From positions 39,780-103,779 of IMG/VR virus record IMGVR_UViG_3300042905_003268: a DNA stretch of 64,000 nt. One strand, given 5' to 3'. The position numbers were made by a program, and so were the translations under genes. Within the stretch, counting starts at the first letter, position 1, and each line of letters opens with the position of its first letter. The DNA comes from a virus. The notes beneath the pieces are model-generated. The model had not been told where the DNA came from and did not search any database. It saw nothing but the letters and a program-made list of their open reading frames with translations. This document shows positions 22,176 through 31,171 of this stretch, in pieces.

Positions 22176-22495
22176 GGCTCAACTACCTCCATGATGGCAT
22201 GGCCAAGTCCCACACCTACACCAAATCCTTGCTGGACGGCTGTGGCACCCTTTAGGTCTGCGATATCTGAAACTTCATCACTATCAGATATATCAATGCC
22301 CTGGATCATTGCAAAGAATTTTTGATCTTCATATCTGCGCTTTCTTTGAGCATTTAGCGTTGCTAATAACTCATCTACAGACAATTGATCTTCTAGTTCT
22401 TCATAGTTTTTCCAGTTTCCCAAAAGGAAAACCTCCGATTCTAAAGAGGCTAGATCTAAGTCGTCCCAACTAGAGCCGCCCCTAGGAGATTTGGG
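22172..22495 (-). CDS. Tail assembly chaperone, -1 frameshift extension (gpGT-like)
   Basis: The -1 frame is open from the slippery site CCCAAAT to the stop overlapping the TMP start; no independent ATG. Confidence 0.75.
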   Translation of the reverse strand, partial: PKSPRGGSSWDDLDLASLESEVFLLGNWKNYEELEDQLSVDELLATLNAQRKRRYEDQKFFAMIQGIDISDSDEVSDIADLKGATAVQQGFGVGVGLGHAIMEVVEP

Positions 22496-22791
22496 TCATT
22501 CATCTTTAACCCTCCACAAACCTCAAGAATCTTCATCATTGTAGGAATATTAACACTTTCCTCAAAGGCGTCCTTGTCTTCTGAAAGGTCTGGCCTAGTC
22601 TTTTCTAAACAAATCATAGAAGCCTGGATAAATATATCCATAGCATCTTCTTCACTCTTAACTTCTTCTGAGTCTAACTCTCTAATTACTTTCATAAATT
22701 TCTTTAACTGCTTAATTGGTAAAGGCTTGACAATGATCTTGTCTCCGTTTTCCAGTTCTAATTCAGCAGTATCATAAATTGTTGTTGCCAA
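22456..22791 (-). CDS. Tail assembly chaperone (gpG-like)
   Basis: Between major tail and TMP; AGGAGG RBS then TTG start at 22791. Confidence 0.8.
   Translation of the reverse strand: MATTIYDTAELELENGDKIIVKPLPIKQLKKFMKVIRELDSEEVKSEEDAMDIFIQASMICLEKTRPDLSEDKDAFEESVNIPTMMKILEVCGGLKMNDPNLLGAALVGTT
22489..22495 (-). other. Programmed -1 frameshift slippery heptamer C CCA AAT
   Basis: X XXY YYZ in frame, immediately after a -1-frame TGA. Confidence 0.75.
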
Positions 22792-22852
22792 TTTTTTCCT
22801 CCTAAGTAGCAATATAATTATATCAAAATGGCTGCTCAAAACATAAAGGATT

Positions 22853-22872
22853 GGCCCCGCATTTGCGGGGCC
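22853..22872 (-). terminator. Stem-loop after major tail gene
   Basis: GGCCCCGC-ATTT-GCGGGGCC perfect inverted repeat. Confidence 0.65.
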
Positions 22873-22905
22873 GCACCTTTACTACTTATTAAGTTATAAA
22901 TTTAA

Positions 22906-23616
22906 TTACTGTGTTGACCAAACGCGATCAAGAACCTCACCGTATTCAGCGGTTGGGAACTGTGGGTCTGGCAGGCAACGGAATGTAACAGGGTAGACAG
23001 TTGACTCATTTCTGCGGAGAGCGTGTGAAACGGTCTCCATTGAAAGTACACGACGAGCGAGATAAACTCTCTCAGACTTGTCTGCTGACAAGGATGTTGG
23101 TGCAGCGCCAATAGCAACGAGTCCTCTTTCTACAGGAGCCTCACCAAGTGAGCCTCCTTCAAGATTCATTACTCTTGCTGCTCCTGATCCTGATGGAGTT
23201 GCTGTGTATGATGCAACTGGTGTAGTTGTTGGTGTACCAGCAGATCCTCCTGTAACGACTGCTGTTGTTACAGCGGCGTCTTTTTGTCCGAATGCTGTGT
23301 TGATATTCTCGAATGTTCCTTCATTGAAGGAAGTACGAAGCATGACTCTCAACTGTGTCTTGAAGATACGGGCGGAGTCAAGGAGTTGATCAACTTCAAC
23401 CTCTCCGTACTGTGGTTCGTAAGAAACCTCAAGTCCTTCTGATGTGAAGCCAACATCTCTCCAGTCTGCTACTCCGTCGTTTAACAAGTATGCTGATGCC
23501 TTCTTGTTACCAAACGTCGGCATAGCCTTTGGATAACCTGAAACGTCTGTGCTGTCATTCTTGCTCAAGAAGATCTGTGCAGCACCTACGAGAATATTGG
23601 AAATAGATCCAGCCAT
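22906..23616 (-). CDS. Major tail protein
   Basis: NILVGAAQIF...DVGFTSEGLEVSYEP...VDQLLD; position upstream of the chaperone and TMP. Confidence 0.85.
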   Translation of the reverse strand: MAGSISNILVGAAQIFLSKNDSTDVSGYPKAMPTFGNKKASAYLLNDGVADWRDVGFTSEGLEVSYEPQYGEVEVDQLLDSARIFKTQLRVMLRTSFNEGTFENINTAFGQKDAAVTTAVVTGGSAGTPTTTPVASYTATPSGSGAARVMNLEGGSLGEAPVERGLVAIGAAPTSLSADKSERVYLARRVLSMETVSHALRRNESTVYPVTFRCLPDPQFPTAEYGEVLDRVWSTQ

Positions 23617-23710
23617 TTAAATTTTCACCTACCTTTCGGATATTAATTTATTAATATCCAGATTGATCATTCCTCTTTTATATAATAACATTGTTAAGTC
23701 GGAAAGCAAA

Positions 23711-24220
23711 CTATGTAAATCTTCCAGTTGAATTGACTTCTCTAGAATACTTATATGTTATTTGTACTACTCCAACTATTCTTCCGCCCTCTGATTCCGC
23801 TGGGGAGGGGCTGCTGACATAATCTAAACATGCAGAATAAAATTTTATTTTTGCCTGGTTGGTATTAAATGATTGTAAATCTTTACCAGATAAGTCTTTT
23901 CTTCTAAACAAATCAACCATGAGTTCTGTTATTTCCATTACTTTGCCGAATTTAGTTCCCACTATGGAATATGACATTGATTCTTCACAAATCCACCATT
24001 TATCCATATAATCATTTATTTCATAATCATAAATTATATATGTTTTATCTGGAAGAAGATTGTTGAATTCTGGAACCTCTTGTGCTGGTATTATTGGTAC
24101 TAAAGTTTTTGTAAAGTTATCTGGCCTATAATCATCCTCATCTAATACTCCAGATTCTTTAATTTCATTCCATAAAAAAGAATTTATTATAGATCTAGCA
24201 TTCTCTCTATATATTGTCAT
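23711..24220 (-). CDS. Tail terminator-like protein
   Basis: Synteny (immediately upstream of major tail) and size. Confidence 0.5.
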   Translation of the reverse strand: MTIYRENARSIINSFLWNEIKESGVLDEDDYRPDNFTKTLVPIIPAQEVPEFNNLLPDKTYIIYDYEINDYMDKWWICEESMSYSIVGTKFGKVMEITELMVDLFRRKDLSGKDLQSFNTNQAKIKFYSACLDYVSSPSPAESEGGRIVGVVQITYKYSREVNSTGRFT

Positions 24221-24945
24221 ATTACACTTCCAACTATTAGATGTGGGGATAGAGTTCTTTTAATAGCAGATCTGGCAGATGCTGGACCCGCTCCTTTCGC
24301 AGACAAGGCTCTTGCCACATTTACTTCTAAAGATTTTGGAATATTTTCTGTTTCTAACACATTGGGAAAATTTAATTTCCACCAAGTAACGAAGTGGTTT
24401 CTAAATGATCCACTTGTGTCTTGCCCTCCTGGATTCATAATATTTATTTTTTTACCTGGAGGGATAAAAACTATCCCACTATCTTTAGTGCTAAATGCAA
24501 TATTTCTAGATGTTATAAAAGATACAGGAGATCCAGACTCCATAACTTCCGCTTTTCTTTTAAAGACCCCACTCTTAGTTACTTTTTTACCAGTCTTACC
24601 AGATTTTCTTAGTTCTGGTGCTATTGGGCTGGACTTTTTTGAGTTATTAAATTTATAGTAAACGGATGCAGATGTAGACCCAGCCTGTCTCTTTATTATT
24701 CTAAAGAGCCTACCATTTTCTCTTCCCACCGCACCCCATTCATAAACATGGTGAAATGATTTTTTTGCAGATCTTGCGAGTAGATTGGTATGCTTAATAA
24801 ACTTTAATGCGGAAATAGAATATGCTGCCGTCATAATATCTCTTGATGTTTCAGAACTTGATAATTCCTGCATACCTCTAATTTTATTTTCTAGTTCCAT
24901 GTATAATTCATTTTTAGAAGACTCAGTAACCTTGATATTAATCAT
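24217..24945 (-). CDS. Neck / tail completion protein
   Basis: HHVYEWG...RLF; basic; synteny. Confidence 0.5.
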   Translation of the reverse strand: MINIKVTESSKNELYMELENKIRGMQELSSSETSRDIMTAAYSISALKFIKHTNLLARSAKKSFHHVYEWGAVGRENGRLFRIIKRQAGSTSASVYYKFNNSKKSSPIAPELRKSGKTGKKVTKSGVFKRKAEVMESGSPVSFITSRNIAFSTKDSGIVFIPPGKKINIMNPGGQDTSGSFRNHFVTWWKLNFPNVLETENIPKSLEVNVARALSAKGAGPASARSAIKRTLSPHLIVGSVI

Positions 24946-25363
24946 TACTCTGTACCGTAGTTCTTCTTAAATGATTTTCATAGTATTGAATATTTCCAAA
25001 TATGTCAAGTATCGGGTGTGAAGCATAGACCTCAAATATGGTATCTGGACTAGATATTCTATCTATTTCTTTATAAAGAGCAGTTCCAGAGTTATTTTTA
25101 ATTCCTGAAACGCGCCATCTTTTACTTAATTGCTCCATACTATACATTTTTGTTTCTAAATCTTCTGTATACTCTTTAGAAAAATATTTATTATCTGATG
25201 TTGCAGATCCACCGCTCTCTCTAATTGGATTTATAGCGCAAGATATATTTTTTAAAAGTGACCATCTTCTATCAATTTCGTTAGTAGATGGGTCTTGAGA
25301 TTCTATTTGATAATAAATATCAGCAGTCATATTGAATACAGAACTTTGTAAGCATCCATACAT
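24938..25363 (-). CDS. Head-tail stopper-like protein
   Basis: Synteny and size. Confidence 0.5.
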   Translation of the reverse strand: MYGCLQSSVFNMTADIYYQIESQDPSTNEIDRRWSLLKNISCAINPIRESGGSATSDNKYFSKEYTEDLETKMYSMEQLSKRWRVSGIKNNSGTALYKEIDRISSPDTIFEVYASHPILDIFGNIQYYENHLRRTTVQSND

Positions 25364-26307
25364 TAAATAATCACGGCCTGTATCATTTTAAATTTTTGCA
25401 AAATAGAATCTACTAGTGCATTGCCAGTACCATTAAATGACTGACTTGATAACTCTACAGACATTTGACCACTATTTATTTTTTTAACATATTTTGTTCT
25501 CCACAAAGAGTCGTTGCAAAGTAGGTCGTTAATTAAAAGATACATACATTGTTTAATTTCTACTGGCACATAATTCCATCCGAATGTGCCAGTTATTTCA
25601 TACCTATATCCATCTCTAAATCTACCCTTATTCAATCCTATGTAATCAAATTCTTCTTCTTCATCTATGTCATCGCCAGGATTTGTAGGAATTACTCTAA
25701 TTCCGTATCCAGTTTCAGTAACTTCTACCTCGTATCCAAAAACATTGTAGTTATTTGAGTTATTTATAACCAACTCATCATTTTCATATATTGATGAGAT
25801 ACTTATTATTTTTTCTAGTAGAAGAAGAACATCTGCCCCATCGCCATAAGCAACTACTGTTTTCTCATACTTACCAATAGAAAATCCAAGTTCGGTATCT
25901 ATCATCATTCTTGCAACACGGGCCGCGCTGCGTATTTTTTCATAAGAGTAATAGTTAGAGTCTTCTGGCCTCATAGAGAATCCAAGTTCGTCTACTATTT
26001 CATCTACTGTTGCATATGGGGTTACAACATATACATACTCTGTTTCGTGAATAGATCTGCCACTTATAGAATATGTCCATACTATTTTTAAAATCCTGTC
26101 TGTTGAAGTAGCAGAAGTTGGTAAATTATAGTAGTATTCACCCTCGTAGTTTGGATTAAGAATAGTAGCGCTACCACTTGCTACAAGTACTCCGGTTTCT
26201 GCATTTGTGACTACTACTGAAGGAGTAGAATCTGGCGCTACTGGCACACCATCCTTATAAGTAATTAATTCTATGGTGCCTACTGAGCCAGTATATGTTT
26301 CTATCAA
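25363..26307 (-). CDS. Head-tail adaptor
   Basis: PYATVDE...GTFGWNYVPVEIKQ...TGNALVDSIL. Confidence 0.7.
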   Translation of the reverse strand: MIETYTGSVGTIELITYKDGVPVAPDSTPSVVVTNAETGVLVASGSATILNPNYEGEYYYNLPTSATSTDRILKIVWTYSISGRSIHETEYVYVVTPYATVDEIVDELGFSMRPEDSNYYSYEKIRSAARVARMMIDTELGFSIGKYEKTVVAYGDGADVLLLLEKIISISSIYENDELVINNSNNYNVFGYEVEVTETGYGIRVIPTNPGDDIDEEEEFDYIGLNKGRFRDGYRYEITGTFGWNYVPVEIKQCMYLLINDLLCNDSLWRTKYVKKINSGQMSVELSSQSFNGTGNALVDSILQKFKMIQAVII

Positions 26308-26322
26308 TTGCCATCACTCCGA

Positions 26323-26706
26323 TTAATTATAGTATTCTTGAACCTCGCGTGGGGTAGCCATTCTAAATCCTTCTTGAGTTTCAAATATAAACTCTGCATC
26401 ATCTGGATGCATTACTGCGAATGGATGCTCTCTAGTAAATGTATATCCATTTACTTCATAGTGTGCATTCTCTCTATCCATTCTTACTAACACATCATTT
26501 GGACTGGACTCACGCTTTTTAGGCTTATCTAAAATATCTGGCTTTACTGTTTCCGCATTAAGAAATTTATCATACATTTCGTATGTGATTCCTTCTTCTT
26601 CTAATGCTGAAAGTATTGCACTCTTTGTCTTTGCATCTTCTAAATCAACAGCGAAATGATCCGCCACCTTTTTTAAATCAGCCGTTTTCATTGTATTAAA
26701 AGACAT
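26323..26706 (-). CDS. Hypothetical protein downstream of capsid
   Basis: ORF with AAGGAG RBS. Confidence 0.6.
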   Translation of the reverse strand: MSFNTMKTADLKKVADHFAVDLEDAKTKSAILSALEEEGITYEMYDKFLNAETVKPDILDKPKKRESSPNDVLVRMDRENAHYEVNGYTFTREHPFAVMHPDDAEFIFETQEGFRMATPREVQEYYN

Positions 26707-26750
26707 TAAAACTCCTTTTCCTCAACATTAATTATATCAGAAAAGGCGAA

Positions 26751-26774
26751 AGGGAGGGATTTTAACCCCTCCCT
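26751..26774 (-). terminator. Terminator-like hairpin after capsid gene
   Basis: AGGGAGGG...CCCTCCCT with a T-rich run on the minus strand. Confidence 0.6.
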
Positions 26775-26794
26775 AACGCACTAGATAACTAATT

Positions 26795-27793
26795 TCAGGA
26801 TGCGACCTTGACGTTCTTTACAACTACGAAAGAATCAAGATTTTCGATTGCCACACCAACACGGATGAAGAGTGTGTATTCAATTGTATCCTTCTTTGGC
26901 TTGAATTCACGGTAAACAGTAACATCACGCTTGATGCCGATAATGAAATTCTGTGGGAATGTCAAATGGACTTCACCATGATTTCCTGTTGCACCTGAGT
27001 AATCGCCAGAACGTGTCTCGTTGATTAACGGAACCTCAACTACTGGAATGCCGAATGCAAATGGAATAACTCCACCTGGGGCACCCTCAGGGGCTGCTGG
27101 ATTTCCACGAAGAATGCTTGAAGCGATATCTTCTGGTGTGGCTCCCTGGCCAATTGATGTCAAGTTGTACAAGTAGTCCTGAACCAAGTTGCTTCCGGTG
27201 AAGAAGCGCAACTGGTTACGACGTTGCTTGTATTTACGAGGCATTTTCTTGAGTGCGCTATTGAAGACTGCCTTAGTGATTGTAGCACCACCAGCATCAA
27301 CAACCTGTCCACCATTAAGGGCTAACTTACGGAAGCCATTAAATGCTTTGTAAAGGTTATCAGATGATAATGCTGTATCACCATTGAGTGCCAGATCTTC
27401 AATATCGTTGCCAGCCTGTGTTGCCATAAGGCGTGCGATATGATCTTCAAGGTCTGCTCCCTCAATGTTGTCCTCAAGGGATTCGCTTGAAAGTTCCCAG
27501 TCAAGACGGAGTTTCTTTGTTGTAAGAGAAACCTTGGTGAATGTTGCGCCACGGTCTGTTTGACCAGTAGCGGCTCCCTCTGTTGCGAGAACCATCAACT
27601 TTTCACCAACACCGACCTTATCGATCTCTGTTGTATCTGCACGCATACGGATTGTACGGGCTACGCGAGTTAAAATTGTTGCATCGAACATGTAGTCAAT
27701 GAAGCGATTTGATTGCTCTGGCTTTAAAAGGCCACCACCGCCTGCACCAACTTCAGTTGTGTCGATTACTTTTTGTAAAAGTTCATTGCTCAT
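26795..27793 (-). CDS. Major capsid protein (HK97 fold)
   Basis: GGLLKPEQSNRFID...ELSSESLEDNIEG...NDIEDLALNGD; follows the protease. Confidence 0.9.
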   Translation of the reverse strand: MSNELLQKVIDTTEVGAGGGGLLKPEQSNRFIDYMFDATILTRVARTIRMRADTTEIDKVGVGEKLMVLATEGAATGQTDRGATFTKVSLTTKKLRLDWELSSESLEDNIEGADLEDHIARLMATQAGNDIEDLALNGDTALSSDNLYKAFNGFRKLALNGGQVVDAGGATITKAVFNSALKKMPRKYKQRRNQLRFFTGSNLVQDYLYNLTSIGQGATPEDIASSILRGNPAAPEGAPGGVIPFAFGIPVVEVPLINETRSGDYSGATGNHGEVHLTFPQNFIIGIKRDVTVYREFKPKKDTIEYTLFIRVGVAIENLDSFVVVKNVKVAS

Positions 27794-27824
27794 TTTGCTT
27801 TTCACCTACCTTTCAGTTTATGTA

Positions 27825-29156
27825 TCATAGATCACGGGCTGCGAGGAATGATCCGCTCCAGATACTCTTTCTTATTGTTGTTTCTTCCTTTGATCCATCA
27901 AGATCGCCGGACTTTTTAACAGCAGTCTCACTTTCGACCAAATCGACTCTTTTTTCGATTGTATCGATTGCACTTTTTATATTTTCAACTGCCTTGCTGA
28001 GATTTTCATGTTTCTCGGCCAATTCTGTAATTTGAGCGTCGATAGTCTTGGTGATTTCTTCAACAGTCACCTTAGTTTCTTCTGCGCTCTTGCTGATGTT
28101 TTCTCCGAAGAATGTCTTGAGGTCTTCCAACATTTTAACAAAGTCGGGTTCTTCAACCTCAACATCGGAGTTTGCAGCCTTTTCTAAGTCTTCTCCCTCT
28201 TCATCTTCTGGAGAGGTTTCTTCTGCTACAGCCTCAACAGCCTCTGTTGCTTCCTCTGCAACCACGGCTCCTTTTTCTACAACTTCTTCAGTTGTTTCTT
28301 GAATTTCTGTAACTTCTTCACTTTTTTCAATTTCCATATTTTTTACTGCACCTCCTTCAATATTGGTTTCGTTGTCTGCCTGCTTTGTTATTGTTGGCTC
28401 AGGCATTTCTTCTGGATTATTTCCAGAAAGACTATCTTTGTTAACATGACGATCAATTGCCTTGCCAATTTCCTGATTCTTAGCAACGTCATTTGACTCT
28501 ACCCAACCGATATTAGTCATTTCTGAATCACAGACTAAACAGGTTGAGGAATCATTGTCTTTTGCTACTGCAATTTGATCTGACTCGCACCAGAAAATGT
28601 TATCCATCTTGATTTCTGTAGCAATTCCAGTTGCTACTAGTTGATCATCTACTTTCTGGATAGAAAACACGTTGGCAAGTTGGTTCGCTGGGCTATCTAC
28701 GAGGGAAAGTTCGACAAGTTCGTACTCTTTGATGACACGAACCATGTCATCACCCTTTTGAACTTTATCTACTTTTGTGATATTGCCACCGATAGAAAAT
28801 CCAGAAAGGGTGCCGTCAAGCACCTTTTCCCAGGTATCTTGTGCGCCCTTGGAGACATATGTATCTACAAAAACTCCACGATATGATTGTCCAGTTGACT
28901 TATCATAAAATTGCTCTTCTCTAAAGTTTGTTACCTTGCCGACAGCAATTGGTTGATGCATTTCACGGAGGTTGCCCCTAAATGTATCGAACGCCTTGAT
29001 AGAAGCGTCTGCATCAACAATATCGTTCTGTCGATCTACATTGTCTAATGTGGCAAATCCAGAAACTATTCTGCGCTCTTCATCGACTTTGAAGAACGGT
29101 ACGGACAGACTTATACGGTCGCCGTCACTATGCCAATAAGATTTAGTTATTTCCAT
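27825..29156 (-). CDS. Prohead protease with acidic scaffold-like C-terminus
   Basis: VSGFAT...LREMH...GFSIGG...ELSLVDSPAN (HK97-type protease). Confidence 0.9.
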   Translation of the reverse strand: MEITKSYWHSDGDRISLSVPFFKVDEERRIVSGFATLDNVDRQNDIVDADASIKAFDTFRGNLREMHQPIAVGKVTNFREEQFYDKSTGQSYRGVFVDTYVSKGAQDTWEKVLDGTLSGFSIGGNITKVDKVQKGDDMVRVIKEYELVELSLVDSPANQLANVFSIQKVDDQLVATGIATEIKMDNIFWCESDQIAVAKDNDSSTCLVCDSEMTNIGWVESNDVAKNQEIGKAIDRHVNKDSLSGNNPEEMPEPTITKQADNETNIEGGAVKNMEIEKSEEVTEIQETTEEVVEKGAVVAEEATEAVEAVAEETSPEDEEGEDLEKAANSDVEVEEPDFVKMLEDLKTFFGENISKSAEETKVTVEEITKTIDAQITELAEKHENLSKAVENIKSAIDTIEKRVDLVESETAVKKSGDLDGSKEETTIRKSIWSGSFLAARDL

Positions 29157-29207
29157 CTCAAATAAATTCTATCAACTATACAGATTAATACAAAATTTTA
29201 TGCACAA

Positions 29208-30791
29208 CTATTGCACAGATCTGCCATCGCCCTGTGGATTTCTTGCCTCTCCATCAATATCGGGCTGGTTTTGTTGACGCTCCTGATCTCTTCTTCTATT
29301 TCCAGTAGCCTGAGTTGTTTGCTCTGCTGCTGCGCGAGCATTAAGAACTATTGGAGTATCCCCGCCATCAAGGGCTGGGAGTCCTTTCTTTGCTCTAACT
29401 TCATTTGGAACAATAACTTGCATTCTAAGGTATCTTTCATCAATCTTAGATTGTGTATCCTCATCAGTAAGACTAAGTTCGTTAAACTTAAGAGAAAACA
29501 TATCTGTAAATTCACGGATTATTTTATTGATCTTTTTCTCAAAATAGTCCTGGGTAGGCTTGGTTACTTGCTCTCTGAAATTCTTATCCGCATCCCTTGC
29601 AGCAGCAAGTGATACCCCAGAACCCATGCTTACTTTAGTTACTGGAACTCTATGAGCCATAAGTATTTCGTCACGGTTTTCAAGGCGATAGTTTCTGAAT
29701 GAAGAGTCTTGTATGCCAGCCTCAACTGGCTCCATTTTAAACTCTACCTTTGTATTTCCATCATCTGCTGGAAGTGGAATATATAAAGATCTATGGTTTT
29801 TACCCTTTAATCCTGTCTGGAAAAATTCAAGAAGTTTCCTTTGGGAATCATTAGAAAGTTTAGCACCCTTTACTACAATAATGTACCTAGGAACAGCCTT
29901 ATTCTCAAAGTAGTCAAGGTTGAACTTGGATGCAAACTCGTCCCCTGCCAACGCGGGTAGTGCTGGAATGATATCTGGCACTCCATAATAATTATTTGTA
30001 GGAGTATACTTTTTAAAGTGGACTACTTCATTTGGACGGGGGTCGCTGCCTAGTGGGTCTGAAGTAGACTCATCTCCATAATTTCTAAAGAATACAATTC
30101 TATTGTTTACTATTTGAATAAATCCATCACGATTTCTTCTTACTCTCATATTAGAAGATGGAATATGACCAATATAGCCAATAGTTCCATCGACCTTGCG
30201 ACCAATTTCCATATATCCGTTACCAGTCGCATCATAATCAGTAAGAATTTTTTTCATGGTTTCTGTAAAAGATTCGTCCTCGTTTAAATTATCAATATCT
30301 TTCTTTAAACGAGTTTTTGCACGGGAAATTTTTCTTCTTAAGAAATTAAGTCTTTCTGAATCATTATCATCTATTTCTTCTATCTTATCTTTAGTTTCAT
30401 CTGTTTCAATAAGGTCGTATCCTAATCCAACGATGTTAGATACTTTAGCATCTACTGCGGCATGGTGGGGAGATGAAACCTCATATATTTTTGCCAAGTA
30501 GTCCATGTTATATGTCGGCTCAACTGCTTCAAACATGACGTACCCAGTCACATCTGGATCTTCTATTTTCTTAGATTTTACGCCAGATACTCCTTGATGA
30601 AACTTTTGTAGGCTTCTAGATGTTTTTCTTTTAAAGTTTGATGATAGGCCAGAATATTTTTTTAATTCTTCTGCTGGCATAAGAAATGGATCTGTATGCT
30701 CATCCTGTGATGAATAAAACCTAAAAATATCATCAGAAGAAGTTATTTGAATTTCTTGTGACTCTTCATCTTCTACATATTCAAATGACAT
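29208..30791 (-). CDS. Portal protein
   Basis: GNGYMEI...EVVHFK...YYGVP...FENKAVP...PNEVR..KGLP. Confidence 0.9.
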   Translation of the reverse strand: MSFEYVEDEESQEIQITSSDDIFRFYSSQDEHTDPFLMPAEELKKYSGLSSNFKRKTSRSLQKFHQGVSGVKSKKIEDPDVTGYVMFEAVEPTYNMDYLAKIYEVSSPHHAAVDAKVSNIVGLGYDLIETDETKDKIEEIDDNDSERLNFLRRKISRAKTRLKKDIDNLNEDESFTETMKKILTDYDATGNGYMEIGRKVDGTIGYIGHIPSSNMRVRRNRDGFIQIVNNRIVFFRNYGDESTSDPLGSDPRPNEVVHFKKYTPTNNYYGVPDIIPALPALAGDEFASKFNLDYFENKAVPRYIIVVKGAKLSNDSQRKLLEFFQTGLKGKNHRSLYIPLPADDGNTKVEFKMEPVEAGIQDSSFRNYRLENRDEILMAHRVPVTKVSMGSGVSLAAARDADKNFREQVTKPTQDYFEKKINKIIREFTDMFSLKFNELSLTDEDTQSKIDERYLRMQVIVPNEVRAKKGLPALDGGDTPIVLNARAAAEQTTQATGNRRRDQERQQNQPDIDGEARNPQGDGRSVQ

Positions 30792-31123
30792 TACTTAATA
30801 AGTCCTTTTTGGTGATTCATTAATTCATCTCTAGCAGCACCATAATCTAATTCATCGGGTATAAGACCCCACTCAAGCCTCTGCTTTTGATATTCATATT
30901 CTTCGTCTGTTACTCTACGGTGTCCTGATAAAAATACTGGCTTGCCTTCTTCTATTCCATATGATTTAGCAGCATCAGTTAACATTTTTATTTTGGCACG
31001 GTCCCCGCGTTTTGCTGGTATATTAAGGAAGTTTTTGTCATCATCTGCGACAATACTGCCATCTGGCATCTCCCAGAGGTACATTCCGTAGTCAGTTTCT
31101 TCTATTATTCTTACTTTTGGCAT
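30791..31123 (-). CDS. Hypothetical protein upstream of portal
   Basis: ORF with leaderless promoter. Confidence 0.6.
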   Translation of the reverse strand: MPKVRIIEETDYGMYLWEMPDGSIVADDDKNFLNIPAKRGDRAKIKMLTDAAKSYGIEEGKPVFLSGHRRVTDEEYEYQKQRLEWGLIPDELDYGAARDELMNHQKGLIK

Positions 31124-31129
31124 ACTAAA

Positions 31130-31138
31130 ATTGTACCA
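31130..31138 (-). promoter_or_regulatory. Extended -10 (TGGTACAAT), leaderless
   Basis: -10 ends 6 nt before ATG 31123. Confidence 0.6.
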
Positions 31139-31171
31139 TTTATTAGATAAAAGTGTAAAATATGTACAGTT

